NCBI RefSeq assembly: GCF_001746915.2
Contig: NZ_CM124774.1
Coordinates: 2,078,707-2,118,706 of the forward strand
Direction of reading: 5' to 3'
DNA: 40,000 nucleotides
Source: Desertifilum tharense IPPAS B-1220
Lineage (GTDB): Bacteria; Cyanobacteriota; Cyanobacteriia; Cyanobacteriales; Desertifilaceae
In this document: positions 30,231-40,000 of the stretch, in pieces
Layout: each line of letters starts with the position of its first letter
Numbering within the stretch: position 1 is the first letter of the stretch
Translations under genes and position numbers: made by a program
Notes under the pieces: model-generated
Databases searched by the model: none
The model's input: only the letters and a program-made list of their open reading frames with translations
Told to the model about the DNA's origin: nothing

Positions 30231-30450
30231 TCTCTTCTTCCCCCCAACTCCTAACTCCCAATTCCCAACTCCCCTCTTCCCCCCAACTCCTAACTCCCAA
30301 TTCCCAACTCCCCTTTTCCCCCCAACTCCTAACTCCCAATTCCCAACTCCCCTCTTCCCCCCAACTCCTAACTCCCAATTCCCAACTCCCCTCTTCCCCC
30401 CAACTCCTAACTCCCAATTCCCAACTCCCCTCTTCCCCCCATCCCCCCAT
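30231..30450 (+). repeat. Tandem array, 5 x 39 bp (AACTCCTAACTCCCAATTCCCAACTCCCCTCTTCCCCCC) with partial flanks
   Basis: Units start at 30246, 30285, 30324, 30363 and 30402, giving an exact 39-bp period. Only one substitution was seen (unit 2: CTTTTCC versus CTCTTCC). No unique spacers. Confidence 0.95.
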
Positions 30451-30573
30451 CTCTCAGAGTGAGGAAGGTTGTTTAGATACAGCCGAATTTGAAAATAAAC
30501 CCTAAAAATAGGGGATTACCAAAATGCTGGTGTATGTTTCCTCTGAGTGGGTCTGCATAAAGGAATTTGCGAC

Positions 30574-31749
30574 ATGGCTAAAAGCTTACTAGAGCAACTG
30601 CGGGAAATGACCGTTGTGGTTGCGGATACGGGCGATATTCAAGCAATTGAAAAATTTACGCCCCGCGATGCTACCACAAATCCCTCTTTGATTACAGCGG
30701 CCGCCCAAATGCCGCAATATCAGGAAATTGTGGACGAAACGCTGCTACAGGCGAAAAAAGATTCAGGTTCGAGTGCGACAGAAACCCAAATTGCGACGTT
30801 AGCCTTCGATCGTCTGGCGGTATCTTTTGGGAAGAAGATTCTGGAAATTATCCCTCAACGCGTGTCTACTGAGGTGGATGCACGCCTCTCCTATGATACA
30901 GAAGCAACGATCGCCAAAGCCCGCGATCTGATCGCTCAATATGAAGCTTCGGGGATTGGGCGCGATCGCGTTTTAATTAAAATAGCCTCAACCTGGGAAG
31001 GCATCAAGGCCGCAGAAGTCTTAGAAAAAGAAGACATTCACTGCAATCTCACGTTACTATTTGGGTTGCATCAGGCGATCGCTTGTGCTGAAGCTAATAT
31101 CACGCTGATTTCTCCGTTTGTCGGTCGTATCCTTGACTGGTACACGAAGGAAACCGGGAAAGAGTATATCGGCGCAGAAGATCCTGGGGTTCAGTCTGTC
31201 ACCAAAATCTACAATTACTACAAGAAATTTGGCTACAAAACTGAAGTCATGGGTGCGAGTTTCCGCAATATTAGCGAAATTACAGAACTCGCGGGTTGCG
31301 ACTTACTGACTATTTCCCCCAAACTTCTCGCCGAGTTAGACACTAGCGAAGAACAACTGATCCGCAAACTCTCGCCCGATACCGCAATGGCGATGGATAT
31401 TGAGAAAATAACAATGGACAAAGCCACCTTTGACCAAATGCACGCAGCGGATCGGATGGCGAATGAAAAGCTAGATGAAGGGATCAAAGGTTTTACCAAA
31501 GCCCTAGAAACCCTAGAACAACTCCTGGCTGCGCGTCTATTCCGCCTAGAGGCGGGTGAATCTGTGGGTCATGCTGCCGAAGAAATCTTTTTAGCGTACG
31601 ATTTAGATGGCGATGGCTTCATTACGCGGGAAGAATGGCTAGGCAGCGATGCGGTTTTTGACGCCCTCGATGAAGACCACGATGGCAAAATTTCCCCCGA
31701 AGAAATGGGCGTTGGCTTAGGCGGCGTGTTCCAACTCGTCAAGGCTTGA
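30574..31749 (+). CDS. tal: Transaldolase with a C-terminal two-EF-hand extension
   Basis: The ATG at 30574 (AAGGA upstream) gives 391 aa: ...[25 protein letters not shown]...[12 protein letters not shown]. The tail carries [12 protein letters not shown] (31600-31635) and [12 protein letters not shown] (31669-31704). The track ORF starts at GTG 30547. Confidence 0.9.
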   Translation: MAKSLLEQLREMTVVVADTGDIQAIEKFTPRDATTNPSLITAAAQMPQYQEIVDETLLQAKKDSGSSATETQIATLAFDRLAVSFGKKILEIIPQRVSTEVDARLSYDTEATIAKARDLIAQYEASGIGRDRVLIKIASTWEGIKAAEVLEKEDIHCNLTLLFGLHQAIACAEANITLISPFVGRILDWYTKETGKEYIGAEDPGVQSVTKIYNYYKKFGYKTEVMGASFRNISEITELAGCDLLTISPKLLAELDTSEEQLIRKLSPDTAMAMDIEKITMDKATFDQMHAADRMANEKLDEGIKGFTKALETLEQLLAARLFRLEAGESVGHAAEEIFLAYDLDGDGFITREEWLGSDAVFDALDEDHDGKISPEEMGVGLGGVFQLVKA

Positions 31750-31826
31750 TAAGCTAATGCAGAAGGTGCAAATTAACTCGACTTTGCCCTAATTGACTGA
31801 AAAAACTCTCAAAACCCTAATACCTT

Positions 31827-31904
31827 CGTAGGTTGGGTTAGCGTCAGCGTAACCCAACACTCGCGACTAGGACTGTTGGGTTTCGTACCTCAACCCAACC
31901 TACG
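31827..31904. repeat. Composite of two GTTGGGTT/AACCCAAC hairpin repeats in inverted arrangement
   Basis: CGTAGGTTGGGTT (31827-31839) is perfectly complementary to AACCCAACCTACG (31892-31904). Each half also forms its own 8-9-bp hairpin. Confidence 0.8.
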
Positions 31905-31928
31905 AAAAAGATTTGTCAATCTGAAACA

Positions 31929-31960
31929 TAAAAAAGGATAGGCGTATAACCTATCCTTTC
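31929..31960. terminator. Bidirectional rho-independent terminator between convergent tal and petA
   Basis: AAAAAA-AGGATAGG-cgtataa-CCTATCCT-TTC. The T-run is strong on the minus strand (petA) and weaker on the plus strand. Confidence 0.65.
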
Positions 31961-32037
31961 TAATATTGCTAGTTGACTAATCTCCCTAAAAGCGGGAATT
32001 GAAAAAAGAAAAAGACTGACTTCTCAACTTCTAATTC

Positions 32038-32084
32038 TGCACTCAGCACTCAGCACTTTCTACTCAGCACTAAAAGAAGCACTA
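32038..32084 (-). repeat. Short mosaic-repeat copy starting on the petA stop
   Basis: The minus strand reads TAGTGCTTCTTTTAGTGCTGAGTAGAAAGTGCTGAGTGCTGAGTGCAG. Confidence 0.8.
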
Positions 32085-33071
32085 GAAGTTCATTTCAGCC
32101 GCTTGGACTTTCTCAATTTGTTTCTTCTTAAGAACCAGCATGACTTGAGAAAGCATGACTGCAACTAAGAAAGCAATTAAGCCTTTCACGCGAGTCGCGC
32201 TTTGTAGAACAATTTCGGTATCAACTTGACCAAAACCGCCCACGTTGGGGTTATTGCTTAAAGGTACGCCTGCTGCGATGGTTTGACCTTCAGAAACCAC
32301 TAGTTCTAAGCCAGCAGGAATTTTATCGGTGACAGTGGTACCATCTTCAGCTTGGATGCTGACTTCATAAGCGCCATCTTCAAGTTGCTGAATTTGGCTG
32401 ATGGTTCCGGTCGCAGAAGCGTTATAAATTGCGTTGTTGGTCTTTTCTCCAGTGGGATACACTTGTCCGCGACCCCGGTTTCCGCCAACGTGGACGGAGT
32501 ATTTACCAAATTGGAGATTTTTGTCGATACGCGGATCGGGAGAGAGTACGGGGAAGATAATTTCTTGATATTGTTCGCCCGGTAAGGGACCAACAATAAT
32601 CACGTTCTCAGAGTTTTCGTTATAGGTTTGGTAGTACAAGTCCCCGACTTTTTCTTTCATTTCTTCGGGGATGCGATCCGGGGGGGCAATTTTGAAGCCT
32701 TCGGGAAGCATTAATACAGCACCCACGTTCAATGGGCCTTTGCTACCATCGCCTTGGAGTTGTTGTTGGGTGGTATCGTAGGGGATTTTAACAACAGCTT
32801 CAAAAACGGTATCGGGTAAAACGGACTGGGGAACTTCAATTTCCGTCTTTTTTGCCCCTAGGTGGCAGTTGGCACAAACGATGCGTCCGGTTGCTTCGCG
32901 GGGGGTTTCTGGGGCGGTTTGTTGCGCCCAGAAGGGATAAGCCGCAGCCGCTTGGGGATAGGCAAGATCGCTGGCGAGGAAAAGGCCAAGAGAGGCGATC
33001 GCAACTAGGGTCGTTTTCAGCAAGGCCTGTTTGCTGCGACGCCAAAGCGCTAATACAGAAACGTTTTTCAT
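32082..33071 (-). CDS. petA: Cytochrome f (apocytochrome f precursor)
   Basis: The ATG at 33071 gives 329 aa. Signal peptide, then [27 protein letters not shown], and a C-terminal TM anchor. The track ORF starts at TTG 33083. Confidence 0.93.
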   Translation of the reverse strand: MKNVSVLALWRRSKQALLKTTLVAIASLGLFLASDLAYPQAAAAYPFWAQQTAPETPREATGRIVCANCHLGAKKTEIEVPQSVLPDTVFEAVVKIPYDTTQQQLQGDGSKGPLNVGAVLMLPEGFKIAPPDRIPEEMKEKVGDLYYQTYNENSENVIIVGPLPGEQYQEIIFPVLSPDPRIDKNLQFGKYSVHVGGNRGRGQVYPTGEKTNNAIYNASATGTISQIQQLEDGAYEVSIQAEDGTTVTDKIPAGLELVVSEGQTIAAGVPLSNNPNVGGFGQVDTEIVLQSATRVKGLIAFLVAVMLSQVMLVLKKKQIEKVQAAEMNF

Positions 33072-33184
33072 TTCTTGGGACAAGGGTCTGAATTACAAAA
33101 TAGGGGTTGTCTTTGGTCAATGGGAAACCGCATTAAGCATCTTGACTCGATGCTGACTTACCCATGACTCGCGATCGAGGGGGG

Positions 33185-33724
33185 TTAACTCCACCAAGGA
33201 TCTTCGCCGGTACGGAAGTCCGTTTCTGTCCACGGGGTAAAGACTACCTTGTCATCAGATACTTCTGCATGTACTAAGGCAAGCGAGAGAGGCGCGGGGC
33301 CGCGAACGACTTTGCCCGTGTTATCGTACTGCGAACCGTGGCAGGGACAAATAAATTTGTTTTCGCCACCATTCCAAGGCACGACGCAACCCAAGTGGGT
33401 GCAAACGGCGTTGAGACCGTAGCTTTCTAACGTCTTGTCGGCATCGACAATTAAGTAGGTGGGGTCGCCTTTTAAACCTTGCGATAACATGCGATCGCCG
33501 ACATTATGAGTATCTAAAAACTCGCTGACTTGAATGTCATTGCCAAGGGCGTCTTTAGCGGTGACGCCACCACCCGTTCCACCGCTAGAGGGGGGAATAA
33601 AATATTTGACAACGGGATACAGGGCACCTAAAGCTGTGCCTGTAACTGCGCCAAACGTTAACAAATTCATAAATTGACGACGCCCCATATTTGGGACATC
33701 CGCAGATCCTGAAACTTGAGCCAT
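33185..33724 (-). CDS. petC: Cytochrome b6f Rieske iron-sulfur subunit
   Basis: 179 aa. [11 protein letters not shown] ... CPCHGSQY. Confidence 0.93.
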   Translation of the reverse strand: MAQVSGSADVPNMGRRQFMNLLTFGAVTGTALGALYPVVKYFIPPSSGGTGGGVTAKDALGNDIQVSEFLDTHNVGDRMLSQGLKGDPTYLIVDADKTLESYGLNAVCTHLGCVVPWNGGENKFICPCHGSQYDNTGKVVRGPAPLSLALVHAEVSDDKVVFTPWTETDFRTGEDPWWS

Positions 33725-33954
33725 GACCTCAGATGTTTGTATGTGTTAGCTTATGTGTCTATAGTCAACGACGTTTTGCTCTTAGGTTCGCAAGAAACTT
33801 CACCGCTTGAATGCAGGGAGTGCTTCAGCCCTCTAAGTAGCCATCTTTTTTCTTGCAATACGCAGTTTACCGTCTTTCTGAGAGCATTATTACACTTTTT
33901 TACAGGCTAACGAGATTCTAAGCTAAAGAAATGTAAACAAGGAGTGAATCCTCA

Positions 33955-34263
33955 ATGACAGGACAGGACTTACGCCAGTTATTGCTGCAAAAATGGGGCT
34001 GCTCTTATGACATCCAACTCCGACAGACGCAAGGGAAAGTGTTTGTACAAGTGATGTGGAAGTATCTAGAGCAAGCTTCTTTTCCCCTGTCCGAAATTGA
34101 GTATATCCAGCGTCTAGACCGGGTGGCAACGTATCTCAATGACTGGGGATGTATCGAACGGGTGCGAACTTACATCGAACAAACTCGCGATCGCCCCCGT
34201 TTGGGTAAGGCGGTTAGCATTCCTGTCGAATTAGGCGATCGCGCTTCGGAATGGATCTTGTGA
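33955..34263 (+). CDS. DUF3067-family conserved cyanobacterial/plastid-lineage protein
   Basis: 102 aa, AAGGAG Shine-Dalgarno upstream. MTGQDLRQLLLQKWGCSYDIQLRQTQGKVFVQVMWKYLEQASFPLSE. Confidence 0.7.
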   Translation: MTGQDLRQLLLQKWGCSYDIQLRQTQGKVFVQVMWKYLEQASFPLSEIEYIQRLDRVATYLNDWGCIERVRTYIEQTRDRPRLGKAVSIPVELGDRASEWIL

Positions 34264-34341
34264 GTACCGAGTTCCGAGTGGGAAAAGAGTGCTGAGTGTA
34301 AAGTGCTGAGTGCTGAGTGGGTTTAAGAGTGTTGAGTAAAG
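34261..34341 (+). repeat. Mosaic repeat copy starting on the DUF3067 stop
   Basis: TGAGTACCGAGTTCCGAGTGGGAAAAGAGTGCTGAGTGTAAAGTGCTGAGTGCTGAGTGGGTTTAAGAGTGTTGAGTAAAG. Confidence 0.85.
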
Positions 34342-34483
34342 TTTTACCTTTGATGTTGCTTTGCACTAAGGTCGATCTTGCGGAATGTCCCGTTGTGTTA
34401 TATTGTGTGAACTTTTGCGGATTAATTGCTTTCGGCGTTAGACAATAGCGCTACTAGATGACTGCAATCGAGACGGTATTCCC

Positions 34484-35101
34484 ATGATCCGAACTGCTAG
34501 TAGCCCTTCCCAACCGGAAACGCAAACCCGCGATCGCATCCTCAAAGCGGCTCAACACTTGTTTGCACGCAAAGGATATGACGGAACTACAACTCGCGAT
34601 CTCGCTCAGGCTGCTGGGGTAGCAGAAGGTACGCTGTTTCGGCATTTTACCAATAAAAAAGCCATCTTAATTGAAATTGCGACTCAAGGTTGGGTTGAAA
34701 TTCTCACCGACTTGCTGACAGAATTGAGCGAAATGGGCAGTTACAAAGCAGTTGCTCAAGTGATGCGGCGGCGGATGCTGAATTTACACCAAAACGCAGA
34801 TATGTTGCGGGTGTGCTTTATGGAAGCCCAATTTCACCCCGATTTGCGCGATCAAATTCAATCGGAAGTGATTGGTAAAATGACGGATGTGGCAGAAGCT
34901 TTCTTTCAAACCGCAATGGATCGGGGAACCTATCGCCGCATGAACCCCCGCATCGTCGCCCAAGTTTTTCTAGGGATGTTTACCATTGCCGGATTCAGTC
35001 AAGATACCATTATGGACTCTAACTCGTCCCCCAAAGCCATGCAAGAAATGGCCGAAGGACTCGCTGATATCTTCCTCAACGGCGTCTTAGCCAAAGATTG
35101 A
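34484..35101 (+). CDS. TetR/AcrR-family transcriptional regulator
   Basis: 205 aa. N-terminal HTH: RDRILKAAQHLFARKGYDGTTTRDLAQAAGVAEGTLFRHFTNKKAI. Confidence 0.85.
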   Translation: MIRTASSPSQPETQTRDRILKAAQHLFARKGYDGTTTRDLAQAAGVAEGTLFRHFTNKKAILIEIATQGWVEILTDLLTELSEMGSYKAVAQVMRRRMLNLHQNADMLRVCFMEAQFHPDLRDQIQSEVIGKMTDVAEAFFQTAMDRGTYRRMNPRIVAQVFLGMFTIAGFSQDTIMDSNSSPKAMQEMAEGLADIFLNGVLAKD

Positions 35102-35152
35102 CACTCCCCTGGCTAAAGCCGAGGGGATTCTACATTCACAGACTCACCGATA

Positions 35153-35395
35153 ACCCTCTTCCCCACTCAGCACTAACTTCCCCCACCCTCTTCCCCACTC
35201 GGAACACCACCACGCGGAAGCAAGCGCAACAGCACTTTAAACTCAGGACTAAGAACCCCACTCAGCACACCGCTACTTGGTGTGCAAGCTACAGCACTTT
35301 ACACTCAGCGCTCTTTCCCCCCACCTCCCCATCTCCCCATCCCCCCACCCTCTTCCCCACTCAGCACTCAGCACTCAGCACTCAGCACTCACTTA
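35153..35395 (-). repeat. Mosaic repeat copy starting on the stop of the 35393-35866 ORF
   Basis: The minus strand reads TAAGTGA, then 4 x GTGCTGA, then GTGGGGAAGAGGGTGGGGGGATGGGGAGATGGGGAGGTGGGGGG...GCTGAGTGTAAAGTGCTG...CTTGCTTCCGCGTGGTGGTGTTCCGAGTGGGGAAGAGGGTGGGGG. Confidence 0.85.
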
Positions 35396-35866
35396 CTGCG
35401 ATCGCCAACGCTTCTGAACCGGATGTAACCCTGCTAGCTTGGCGATTAATTCCGTCGGGATTTTTTTCGCTTCTTCGATCCCCACCCATTCCGCTAACTG
35501 AAGTTTCATCAAGCGAGAACGATGGGGCGAAGAGGGTTCAAGGGCAATTTGTTCTAACTTTTTGATATAGTTAATCCGATTTTTGAACGCGGTTTGACGT
35601 TCTTCGTAAGTTTCCGGGACGTTAAAGCGCACCACGCCCGCGACGTAGACAAATTGACACTGAATATCAAAAGTTCCTCCAACAGCGGCTCCTGAGCCAG
35701 CGAAGTCGGCATAGAAGTCCTTAAGCAGGATTAACCCTCCAGGCGAGTCTTCCGTAATCGATAAAAACTGTCCGCTCTGAAACAAAGAGACAGGAACAGA
35801 CGAAACGCCCTCATTTTCTTGTTCGGCTGGCTTCATCTGTAAAGACGACAGGGAAAGGACTTGCAT
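35393..35866 (-). CDS. Hypothetical protein, family not recognised
   Basis: Track ORF 35393..35893 (TTG start). The first ATG is at 35866 and another at 35836. The ORF is non-repetitive and convergent with tetR. Confidence 0.45.
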   Translation of the reverse strand: MQVLSLSSLQMKPAEQENEGVSSVPVSLFQSGQFLSITEDSPGGLILLKDFYADFAGSGAAVGGTFDIQCQFVYVAGVVRFNVPETYEERQTAFKNRINYIKKLEQIALEPSSPHRSRLMKLQLAEWVGIEEAKKIPTELIAKLAGLHPVQKRWRSQ

Positions 35867-36018
35867 AAATATAAGCGCAAGAGAGGGAATCAACTCTCTC
35901 TCGTTATATATCCCACAATGAGATAAATATGCGCCTAATGTTACGTTTAAACAACAATCAATTTAATTCTTGCCTTTGACCCGTTTCAAGGAGGGAATCT
36001 CTTCCCTCCTCAAATAGG

Positions 36019-38832
36019 CTAAACAATTTCAGATTTGGCTTGTACCGTAGTTTGCGGTTGCGGTTGGAACTGGAAGAGGGAGTAAACGACGTTCCGGCGG
36101 ATCGAAATCATCATTTCCAGGAACAGTTCGTAGCCTTCACTCTTATACTCAATCAGCGGGTCTTTTTGCCCGTAACCGCGCAACCCAACCGACTCGCGCA
36201 ACGCATCCATTTGTTGGAGGTGTTCGCGCCAGAGGGTATCAATTTGCTGCAAGATAAAGAAACGCTCGGCTTGGCGCATTAGACCGGGTTGAATTTGGTC
36301 AATTTGCGCTTCCTTGAGGTCGTAGGCGATGCGGATCTGTTCGTGCAGGAAGGTCTTCATTTCTGCAAAGCTGAGGTCTTCGAGTTGTTCGGGTTCCAAG
36401 TCAGCTAGCAGATAGACGAATTCTTTGACCTTGCTCACCAGTTGCGCCAGTTCCCAATCTTCGGGGGGCAATTCTGGGTTAACGTAGGCTTCTACGATGT
36501 CATCCATCGTTTTTTCGGCGTATTTAATCACCTGTTCTTTCAGGTCTTGACCTTCAAGGACGCGGCGACGTTCGGCGTAGATGGCGCGGCGTTGGTTGTT
36601 CATTACCTCGTCGTACTCAAACACCTGTTTGCGGATGTCGTAGTAGTAGGTTTCAACCTTTTTCTGAGCGCCTTCTAAGGAACGAGTTAAGATACCCGAT
36701 TCAATGGGCATATCTTCTTCAACTTTAAACGCTTCCATCAGGCCGCGAACGCGATCGCCTCCAAAGATCCGCAGCAAGTTATCTTCCAAACTCAGGAAGA
36801 ACTTGGTTGCGCCGGGGTCTCCTTGGCGTCCGGCGCGTCCCCGCAGTTGGTTATCGATCCGGCGAGAGTCGTGGCGTTCTGTACCGATGACGTACAAGCC
36901 GCCTAAATTGACCACTTCTTCGTGTTCGCGATGGGTGAAAACTTCGTATTCTTCGCGAATGCGGTTAAACACTTCCCGCAATTTTTGAATCACGAGGTCT
37001 TCCGTGGGGGCTTTTTCCGCAGCAACGGCGACCTTATCTTCAGCGGCTAACTCCGAGAGCGATCGCTCTCCGTACTGCTTCACCGCAAAGTCTACCGCCT
37101 CTTTGAGTAGCTTTTCCGTTTCCTTGGATAACTCCGTCGGGAAAATCTGAGGGGAAGCCTTCCAGGTTTTCACCTTCTTGTTATCGCCAAACCCTTGTCC
37201 GCCACCTTTACCGCCTGCGGCTGGAACTTTCGCTAAGTTAAAATTACCCTCTTCATCGGGTTGGACAATGCGGGGCATAAAGTATTCCCGCAGCTTCAAG
37301 CGGGCCATGTAGTCCGCATTCCCCCCCAAAATAATATCGGTTCCGCGTCCGGCCATGTTAGTGGCGATCGTTACGGCTCCCTTGCGGCCGGCTTGGGCGA
37401 CAATTTCCGACTCCCGTTCCACGTTTTCCGGCTTTGCGTTCAGCAGTTGGTGGGGGACTTTCAACTCCGTGAGGAGGGTAGATAGCACCTCAGACTTCTC
37501 AACGCTGGTGGTTCCTACCAGTACCGGGCGGCCCTTTTCGTGCATTTCCGCACAGTCCCGCGCCACCGCCTGCCATTTACCCAACTCCGTTTTGTACACC
37601 ACATCGGAGAGGTCAGCCCGTTTGGTGGAGCGGTTTGTGGGGACAACCGTCACTTCCAGGTTATAAATTTTCTCAAATTCAGCCTCTTCAGTTTTCGCCG
37701 TCCCCGTCATCCCCGACAGTTTGGGGTACAGCAAGAAGAAGTTTTGATAGGTAATGGTTGCTAGAGTTTGGGTTTCTGGCTGAATTTCTACATGTTCTTT
37801 GGCTTCAATGGCTTGGTGCAAACCATCGCTCCAACGACGACCGGGCATAACGCGTCCGGTAAACTCGTCTACAATCACAATTTCGTCATTGCGGACGATG
37901 TAGTTAACATCTTTAATAAACAGTTCCTTGGCTTTAATCGCATTAAACACAAAATGCGCCCAAGGATCTTTAGGGTCAAACAGATCGTCTACGCCTAATG
38001 CTTGCTCGGCGGCGATATACCCTTCATCGGTAAGCAGGACGTTCCGAGCTTTCTCATCCACTTCGTAATGGTCGTCGCTATTGAGTTGACGGGCAACATC
38101 GGCGGCGCGCAAATACTTTTCGCTCGGACGGTCTACCTGACCGGAGATAATCAAAGGGGTACGGGCTTCATCGACCAGTACCGAGTCTACCTCGTCAATC
38201 ACGCAGAAGTTAAACGGACGCTGCACGACTTCTGCCATTGAGTTAGACATGTTATCGCGCAGGTAGTCAAACCCAACTTCGCTGTTGGTGGCGTAGGTAA
38301 TATCGCAGGCGTAGTTGCGCTGGCGTTCCTCTGGCCCCATACTTTGTTGAATCAGACCGACGCTTAAGCCCAGGAAGCGGTGAACTTGCCCCATCCACTC
38401 GGCGTCGCGGCGGGCGAGGTAGTCGTTAACGGTGATGACGTGGACGCCTTTCCCGCTGAGAGCATTGAGGTAGGCGGGAAGGGTGGAAACCAGGGTTTTG
38501 CCTTCCCCGGTTTTCATTTCGGCAATTTGTCCGTCGTGCAAGACCATACCGCCAATCAACTGTACGTCAAAGTGGCGCATTCCCAGAACTCGGCGCGAGG
38601 CTTCGCGGACGACTGCAAAGGCTTCTGGCAGCAGCTCGTCTAGCATCTCTTTTTGCTCGTTATCGGATTTAGCCTTTGCTAGCCGCGCTTTGAATTCTGC
38701 TGTTTTGCCCACTAAATCCTGGTCGGATAGGGCTTGGACTTCTTCCTCTAGTAGCTTGATTTCGGCAACGTAAGGTTGATATTTTTTGAGCTTACGTGCA
38801 TTGGGATCGCCCAACAAATTTTTCAGGAACAT
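36019..38832 (-). CDS. secA: Preprotein translocase ATPase SecA
   Basis: 937 aa. ...[20 protein letters not shown]...[21 protein letters not shown]...[10 protein letters not shown]. Confidence 0.97.
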   Translation of the reverse strand: MFLKNLLGDPNARKLKKYQPYVAEIKLLEEEVQALSDQDLVGKTAEFKARLAKAKSDNEQKEMLDELLPEAFAVVREASRRVLGMRHFDVQLIGGMVLHDGQIAEMKTGEGKTLVSTLPAYLNALSGKGVHVITVNDYLARRDAEWMGQVHRFLGLSVGLIQQSMGPEERQRNYACDITYATNSEVGFDYLRDNMSNSMAEVVQRPFNFCVIDEVDSVLVDEARTPLIISGQVDRPSEKYLRAADVARQLNSDDHYEVDEKARNVLLTDEGYIAAEQALGVDDLFDPKDPWAHFVFNAIKAKELFIKDVNYIVRNDEIVIVDEFTGRVMPGRRWSDGLHQAIEAKEHVEIQPETQTLATITYQNFFLLYPKLSGMTGTAKTEEAEFEKIYNLEVTVVPTNRSTKRADLSDVVYKTELGKWQAVARDCAEMHEKGRPVLVGTTSVEKSEVLSTLLTELKVPHQLLNAKPENVERESEIVAQAGRKGAVTIATNMAGRGTDIILGGNADYMARLKLREYFMPRIVQPDEEGNFNLAKVPAAGGKGGGQGFGDNKKVKTWKASPQIFPTELSKETEKLLKEAVDFAVKQYGERSLSELAAEDKVAVAAEKAPTEDLVIQKLREVFNRIREEYEVFTHREHEEVVNLGGLYVIGTERHDSRRIDNQLRGRAGRQGDPGATKFFLSLEDNLLRIFGGDRVRGLMEAFKVEEDMPIESGILTRSLEGAQKKVETYYYDIRKQVFEYDEVMNNQRRAIYAERRRVLEGQDLKEQVIKYAEKTMDDIVEAYVNPELPPEDWELAQLVSKVKEFVYLLADLEPEQLEDLSFAEMKTFLHEQIRIAYDLKEAQIDQIQPGLMRQAERFFILQQIDTLWREHLQQMDALRESVGLRGYGQKDPLIEYKSEGYELFLEMMISIRRNVVYSLFQFQPQPQTTVQAKSEIV

Positions 38833-38986
38833 AGCAGAAAAAAGAGATGTTTGAAAAACGCTGTCAGCTTGGAATTGAGTGCTGTCAGATTTATTATTTT
38901 TATCCTATCACTCTCGCCGCCATTGGCCGGGAAAGTTGCAGGGGGTGAATCCCGAACGAACCCAGCATTGGGCTAGAGTTTTAATT

Positions 38987-39541
38987 CTAATCGACCCATT
39001 CGGGGCTGAGGGTGCGAAAATCGTACTCGTTTGCGCCAATGTGACAGCTTGTGCAGTTTTTCAGGTTGACGGGTTGGGGGAGTTGGACGTTGGGGTGTAG
39101 GGCGTTGAAAAAGCGAGAACTGGCGATCCGGTAGGGCGTGCGTTCTTCTGGGGAACGGGGGCGCGAGTAGATGCGAAGATAGTTCCAAATTAAAAGGCGT
39201 TGCGGATCGACGAGGGGTTGAATGCGGACGCCGTAGTGTTGCGGATCTTGGATGAGTTCCAGCCAGGTTTGGGTGGGGAGAACCGCCGGGGGAATGGCGA
39301 TGTGACAGCTTCCGCAATTTTCAATATAGAGTTGTTGACCGAGGCTGTAGCGGGGAAGGACGGGATCGACGGCTTTGGTTTGGCGGACTAACTCTGTCTG
39401 GGGGGGGATTTTGGCGGTAGCGATCGCGAAGGCGCTACCTAAGCCGATACTCCAAATGGCAATGAGGATAATTAGCACTAAGGGCGATCGCCATTTTCGC
39501 AGTTGCCCGCAGCGCTTGTTGAACCCAAAATGACGGAACAT
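38987..39541 (-). CDS. Membrane-anchored dihaem c-type cytochrome family protein
   Basis: 184 aa. N-terminal TM helix and two CxxCH motifs (CGSCH, CTSCH). Confidence 0.7.
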   Translation of the reverse strand: MFRHFGFNKRCGQLRKWRSPLVLIILIAIWSIGLGSAFAIATAKIPPQTELVRQTKAVDPVLPRYSLGQQLYIENCGSCHIAIPPAVLPTQTWLELIQDPQHYGVRIQPLVDPQRLLIWNYLRIYSRPRSPEERTPYRIASSRFFNALHPNVQLPQPVNLKNCTSCHIGANEYDFRTLSPEWVD

Positions 39542-39840
39542 ACCTCACACTCTCACTCTTGAAACTTGCAAACACCAGACTAGCAGGATCGCGCTATCGT
39601 TCCTCATTTGCCAAAATCTGAAGGGGAAATGTTGGCCCTCAAAAAGTCTCAGTTTTCTGACTTTTGCGATACCCCATTAGCAAAAGTCGGTTGTTATACT
39701 GATTTTCGGAATCGTTGGCTAGAGTCCAGTCTTCAAGTGAGTTTGTTGGATGCAACTCCCGATCGGGGGTTTGAAGGGGTGACTCGTTGGTTCTTGAACT
39801 GCCCATCAGGGTTTAGATTGACAGAGGAATGCATTACAGC

Positions 39841-40000
39841 ATGGATTGCCGTCATATTCAATTTTGTGCGAACCCGGACGCGATTGATTTCGAGCAACTG
39901 CAAGCTTTGTTTAATTTAGCGGCTTTTTGGGCAAAAGATCGGCGCGTTGAAGATTGGCAAATTGCGATCGCCAACAGCAGTCCCGTTATTAGTATGTGGG
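39841..40000 (+). CDS. GNAT-family N-acetyltransferase, 5' fragment running off the right edge
   Basis: The ATG at 39841 gives MDCRHIQFCANPDAIDFEQLQALFNLAAFWAKDRRVEDWQIAIANSSPVISMW, an N-terminal pattern common to small cyanobacterial GNAT proteins. It is truncated and therefore not in the track. Confidence 0.5.
   Translation, partial: MDCRHIQFCANPDAIDFEQLQALFNLAAFWAKDRRVEDWQIAIANSSPVISMW

Noticed and set aside
30231-30450. Possible CRISPR array, given the regular 39-bp periodicity
   Set aside because: The units are contiguous with no unique spacers, no cas genes are nearby, and the same sequence is a module of a dispersed repeat family.
30142-30462. Track ORFs 30142..30462 (+, 106 aa) and 30208..30450 (-, 80 aa) as repeat proteins
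   Set aside because: Both lie entirely within the repeat and are open on both strands only because the period is a multiple of 3. They have no Shine-Dalgarno or plausible start context and their composition is low-complexity.
35098-35565. 155-aa ORF (+) downstream of tetR
   Set aside because: Most of it translates the mosaic repeat (TLFPTQHSALSTQHS). The remainder is antisense to the 35393-35866 ORF.
39608-39919. 103-aa ORF (+) before the GNAT fragment, and a 9-bp hairpin GACTTTTGC-n12-GCAAAAGTC at 39659-39688
   Set aside because: The ORF has no recognisable family and overlaps the better-supported GNAT start in another frame. The hairpin lacks a T-run and has no upstream gene on either strand that it would obviously terminate, so its function cannot be supported.

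Overview
Cyanobacterial chromosomal segment. The HIP1 octamer GCGATCGC is very frequent, and petC-petA, secA and cyanobacteria-specific DUF proteins are present. The core (about 4.2-26.4 kb) is a complete Mo-nitrogenase (nif) cluster built as two divergent units around a 959-bp control region (21661-22619). On the minus strand: nifB-fdxN-nifS-nifU-nifH-nifD-nifK-(Mo-nitro_C)-nifEN-nifX-DUF269-DUF683-nifW-hesA-hesB-fdxH-mop-fdxB, then a rho-independent terminator, then the regulator cnfR/patB. On the plus strand: nifP(cysE)-small ORF-dps-nifV-nifZ-nifT. No nifD or fdxN interruption element, no xis gene and no vnf/anf delta-subunit gene is visible. The left flank is an iron block: a ferritin fragment and feoC-feoB-feoA(tandem). 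The right flank holds a C26 amidotransferase, phosphoketolase, an EF-hand-tailed transaldolase, petCA, DUF3067, a TetR regulator, secA, a dihaem cytochrome c and a GNAT fragment. No tRNA, rRNA, CRISPR, transposase or integrase was recognised. Main observations: (1) nifE and nifN form one 958-codon ORF joined by a 60-codon linker made of a dispersed repeat. (2) That repeat is a heptamer-based mosaic family (GTGCTGA, GTTCCGA, CCCAACT-type and C-rich modules) with 7 copies here, nearly all starting at or on the stop codon of the upstream gene in sense orientation. One copy fills most of the nifU-nifH spacer and one contains a 5 x 39-bp tandem array with canonical G-quadruplex motifs. (3) A 37-bp bipartite element (2 x AAATACTYG..CC.C, 22-bp period) occurs once facing nifB and once facing nifP, and is a strong candidate activator (CnfR) site. 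All protein identifications are by-eye motif and family recognition; no database search was run.
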